Positions 19,076-20,000 of a DNA stretch of 20,000 nt are shown piece after piece. The DNA comes from Chiloscyllium plagiosum (Eukaryota). The position numbers were made by a program, and so were the translations under genes. The stretch is taken from assembly GCF_004010195.1 (NCBI RefSeq), contig NC_057757.1, forward strand, positions 1,778,649 through 1,798,648. Reading direction: 5' to 3'. The notes under the pieces are model-generated. The model was not told the DNA's origin. It saw only the letters and a program-made list of their open reading frames with translations, and made no database searches. Every line of letters begins with the position of its first letter. Position 1 is the first letter of the stretch.

Positions 19076-20000
19076 ACCATAAGACCATAAGACATAGGAG
19101 TGGAAGTAAGGCCATTCGGCCCATCGTGTCCACTCCGCCATTCAATCATGGCTGATGCGCATTTCAGCTCCACTTACCAGCGTTCTCCCCGTAGCCCTTA
19201 ATTCCTCTAGACAACAAGAATCTATCAATCTCGGCCTTGAAGACATTTAGCGTCCCGGCTTCCACTGCACTCCGTGGCAATGAATTCCACAGGCCCACCA
19301 CTCTCTGGCTGAAGAAATATCTCCGCATTTCTGTTCTGAAATGACCCCCTCTAATTCTAAGGCTGTGTCCACGGATCCTAGTCTCCTCGTCTAACGGAAA
19401 CAATTGCCTAGCATCCACCTTTTCCAAGCCATGTATTATTTTGTACGCCTCTATTAAGTCTCCCCTTAATCTTCTAAAATCCAACGAATACAATCCCAGT
19501 ATCCTCAGCCATTCCTCATATGTTAGACCTGTCATTCCAGGGATAATCCATGTGAATGTCCGCTGGACACGTTCCAGTGCCAGTATATCCTTCCTGAGGT
19601 GTGGGGACCAAAACTGGACACAGTACTCCAAATGGGGCCTAACCAGAGCTTTATAAAGTCTTAGTAGTACATCTCTGCTTTTATATTCCAACCCTCTTGA
19701 GATAAGAGACAACATTGCATTCGCTTTCTTAATCACGGACTCAACCTGCATGTTTACCTTTAGAGAATCCTCGACTAGCACTCCCAGATCCCTTTGTGCT
19801 TTGGCTCTATTAATTTTCTCACCATTTAGAAAGCTTTTATTCTTTTTGCCAAAGTGCAAGAACTCGTACTTGCTCACGTTAAATTCCATCAGCCAAATCC
19901 TGGACCACTCTCCCAACCTGTCGAGATCCTTCTGTAGCCTCCCCACTTCCTCAGTACCACCTGCCTGTCCACCTAACTTCGTACCATCGGCAAACTTCGC
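19076..20000 (-). mobile_element. Young CR1 LINE, ORF2 C-terminal 278 codons still open, with (TCTTATGG)-type tail; continues beyond the window
   Basis: Frame open from 20000 to 19164: AKFADGTKLGG...RLQKDLDRLGEWS...LYKALVRPHLEYCVQFWSPHLRKDILALERVQR...RGHSLRI...FFSQRVVGLWNSLP. Tail cctatgtcttatggtcttatgg. Confidence 0.95.

Overview
Repeat-rich vertebrate genomic DNA, almost certainly from a cartilaginous fish (shark-type CR1/HER1 LINEs, HE1-like V-SINE, DeuSINE/L2 relics, many Penelope-like elements). The only host gene supported is missing from the ORF track: the last two coding exons (minus strand, 13880-14013 and 12035-12202) of a muscle-type nicotinic acetylcholine receptor non-alpha subunit, nearly identical to Torpedo 'gamma' and probably the CHRNE orthologue, plus an inferred 3'UTR ending near an AATAAA at 11562-11567. 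The rest is a mosaic of LINE, SINE, Harbinger and Penelope-like element (PLE) fragments. The most notable observation is a TSD-flanked PLE-derived mini-element with a minimal hammerhead ribozyme core, inserted in sense orientation inside the inferred receptor 3'UTR. Several other PLE-derived fold-back or hammerhead-bearing inserts with 13-15 bp TSDs are present, as is a PLE with a twin-priming-like 5' inversion. All family assignments rest on motif recognition and recall, not database searches.
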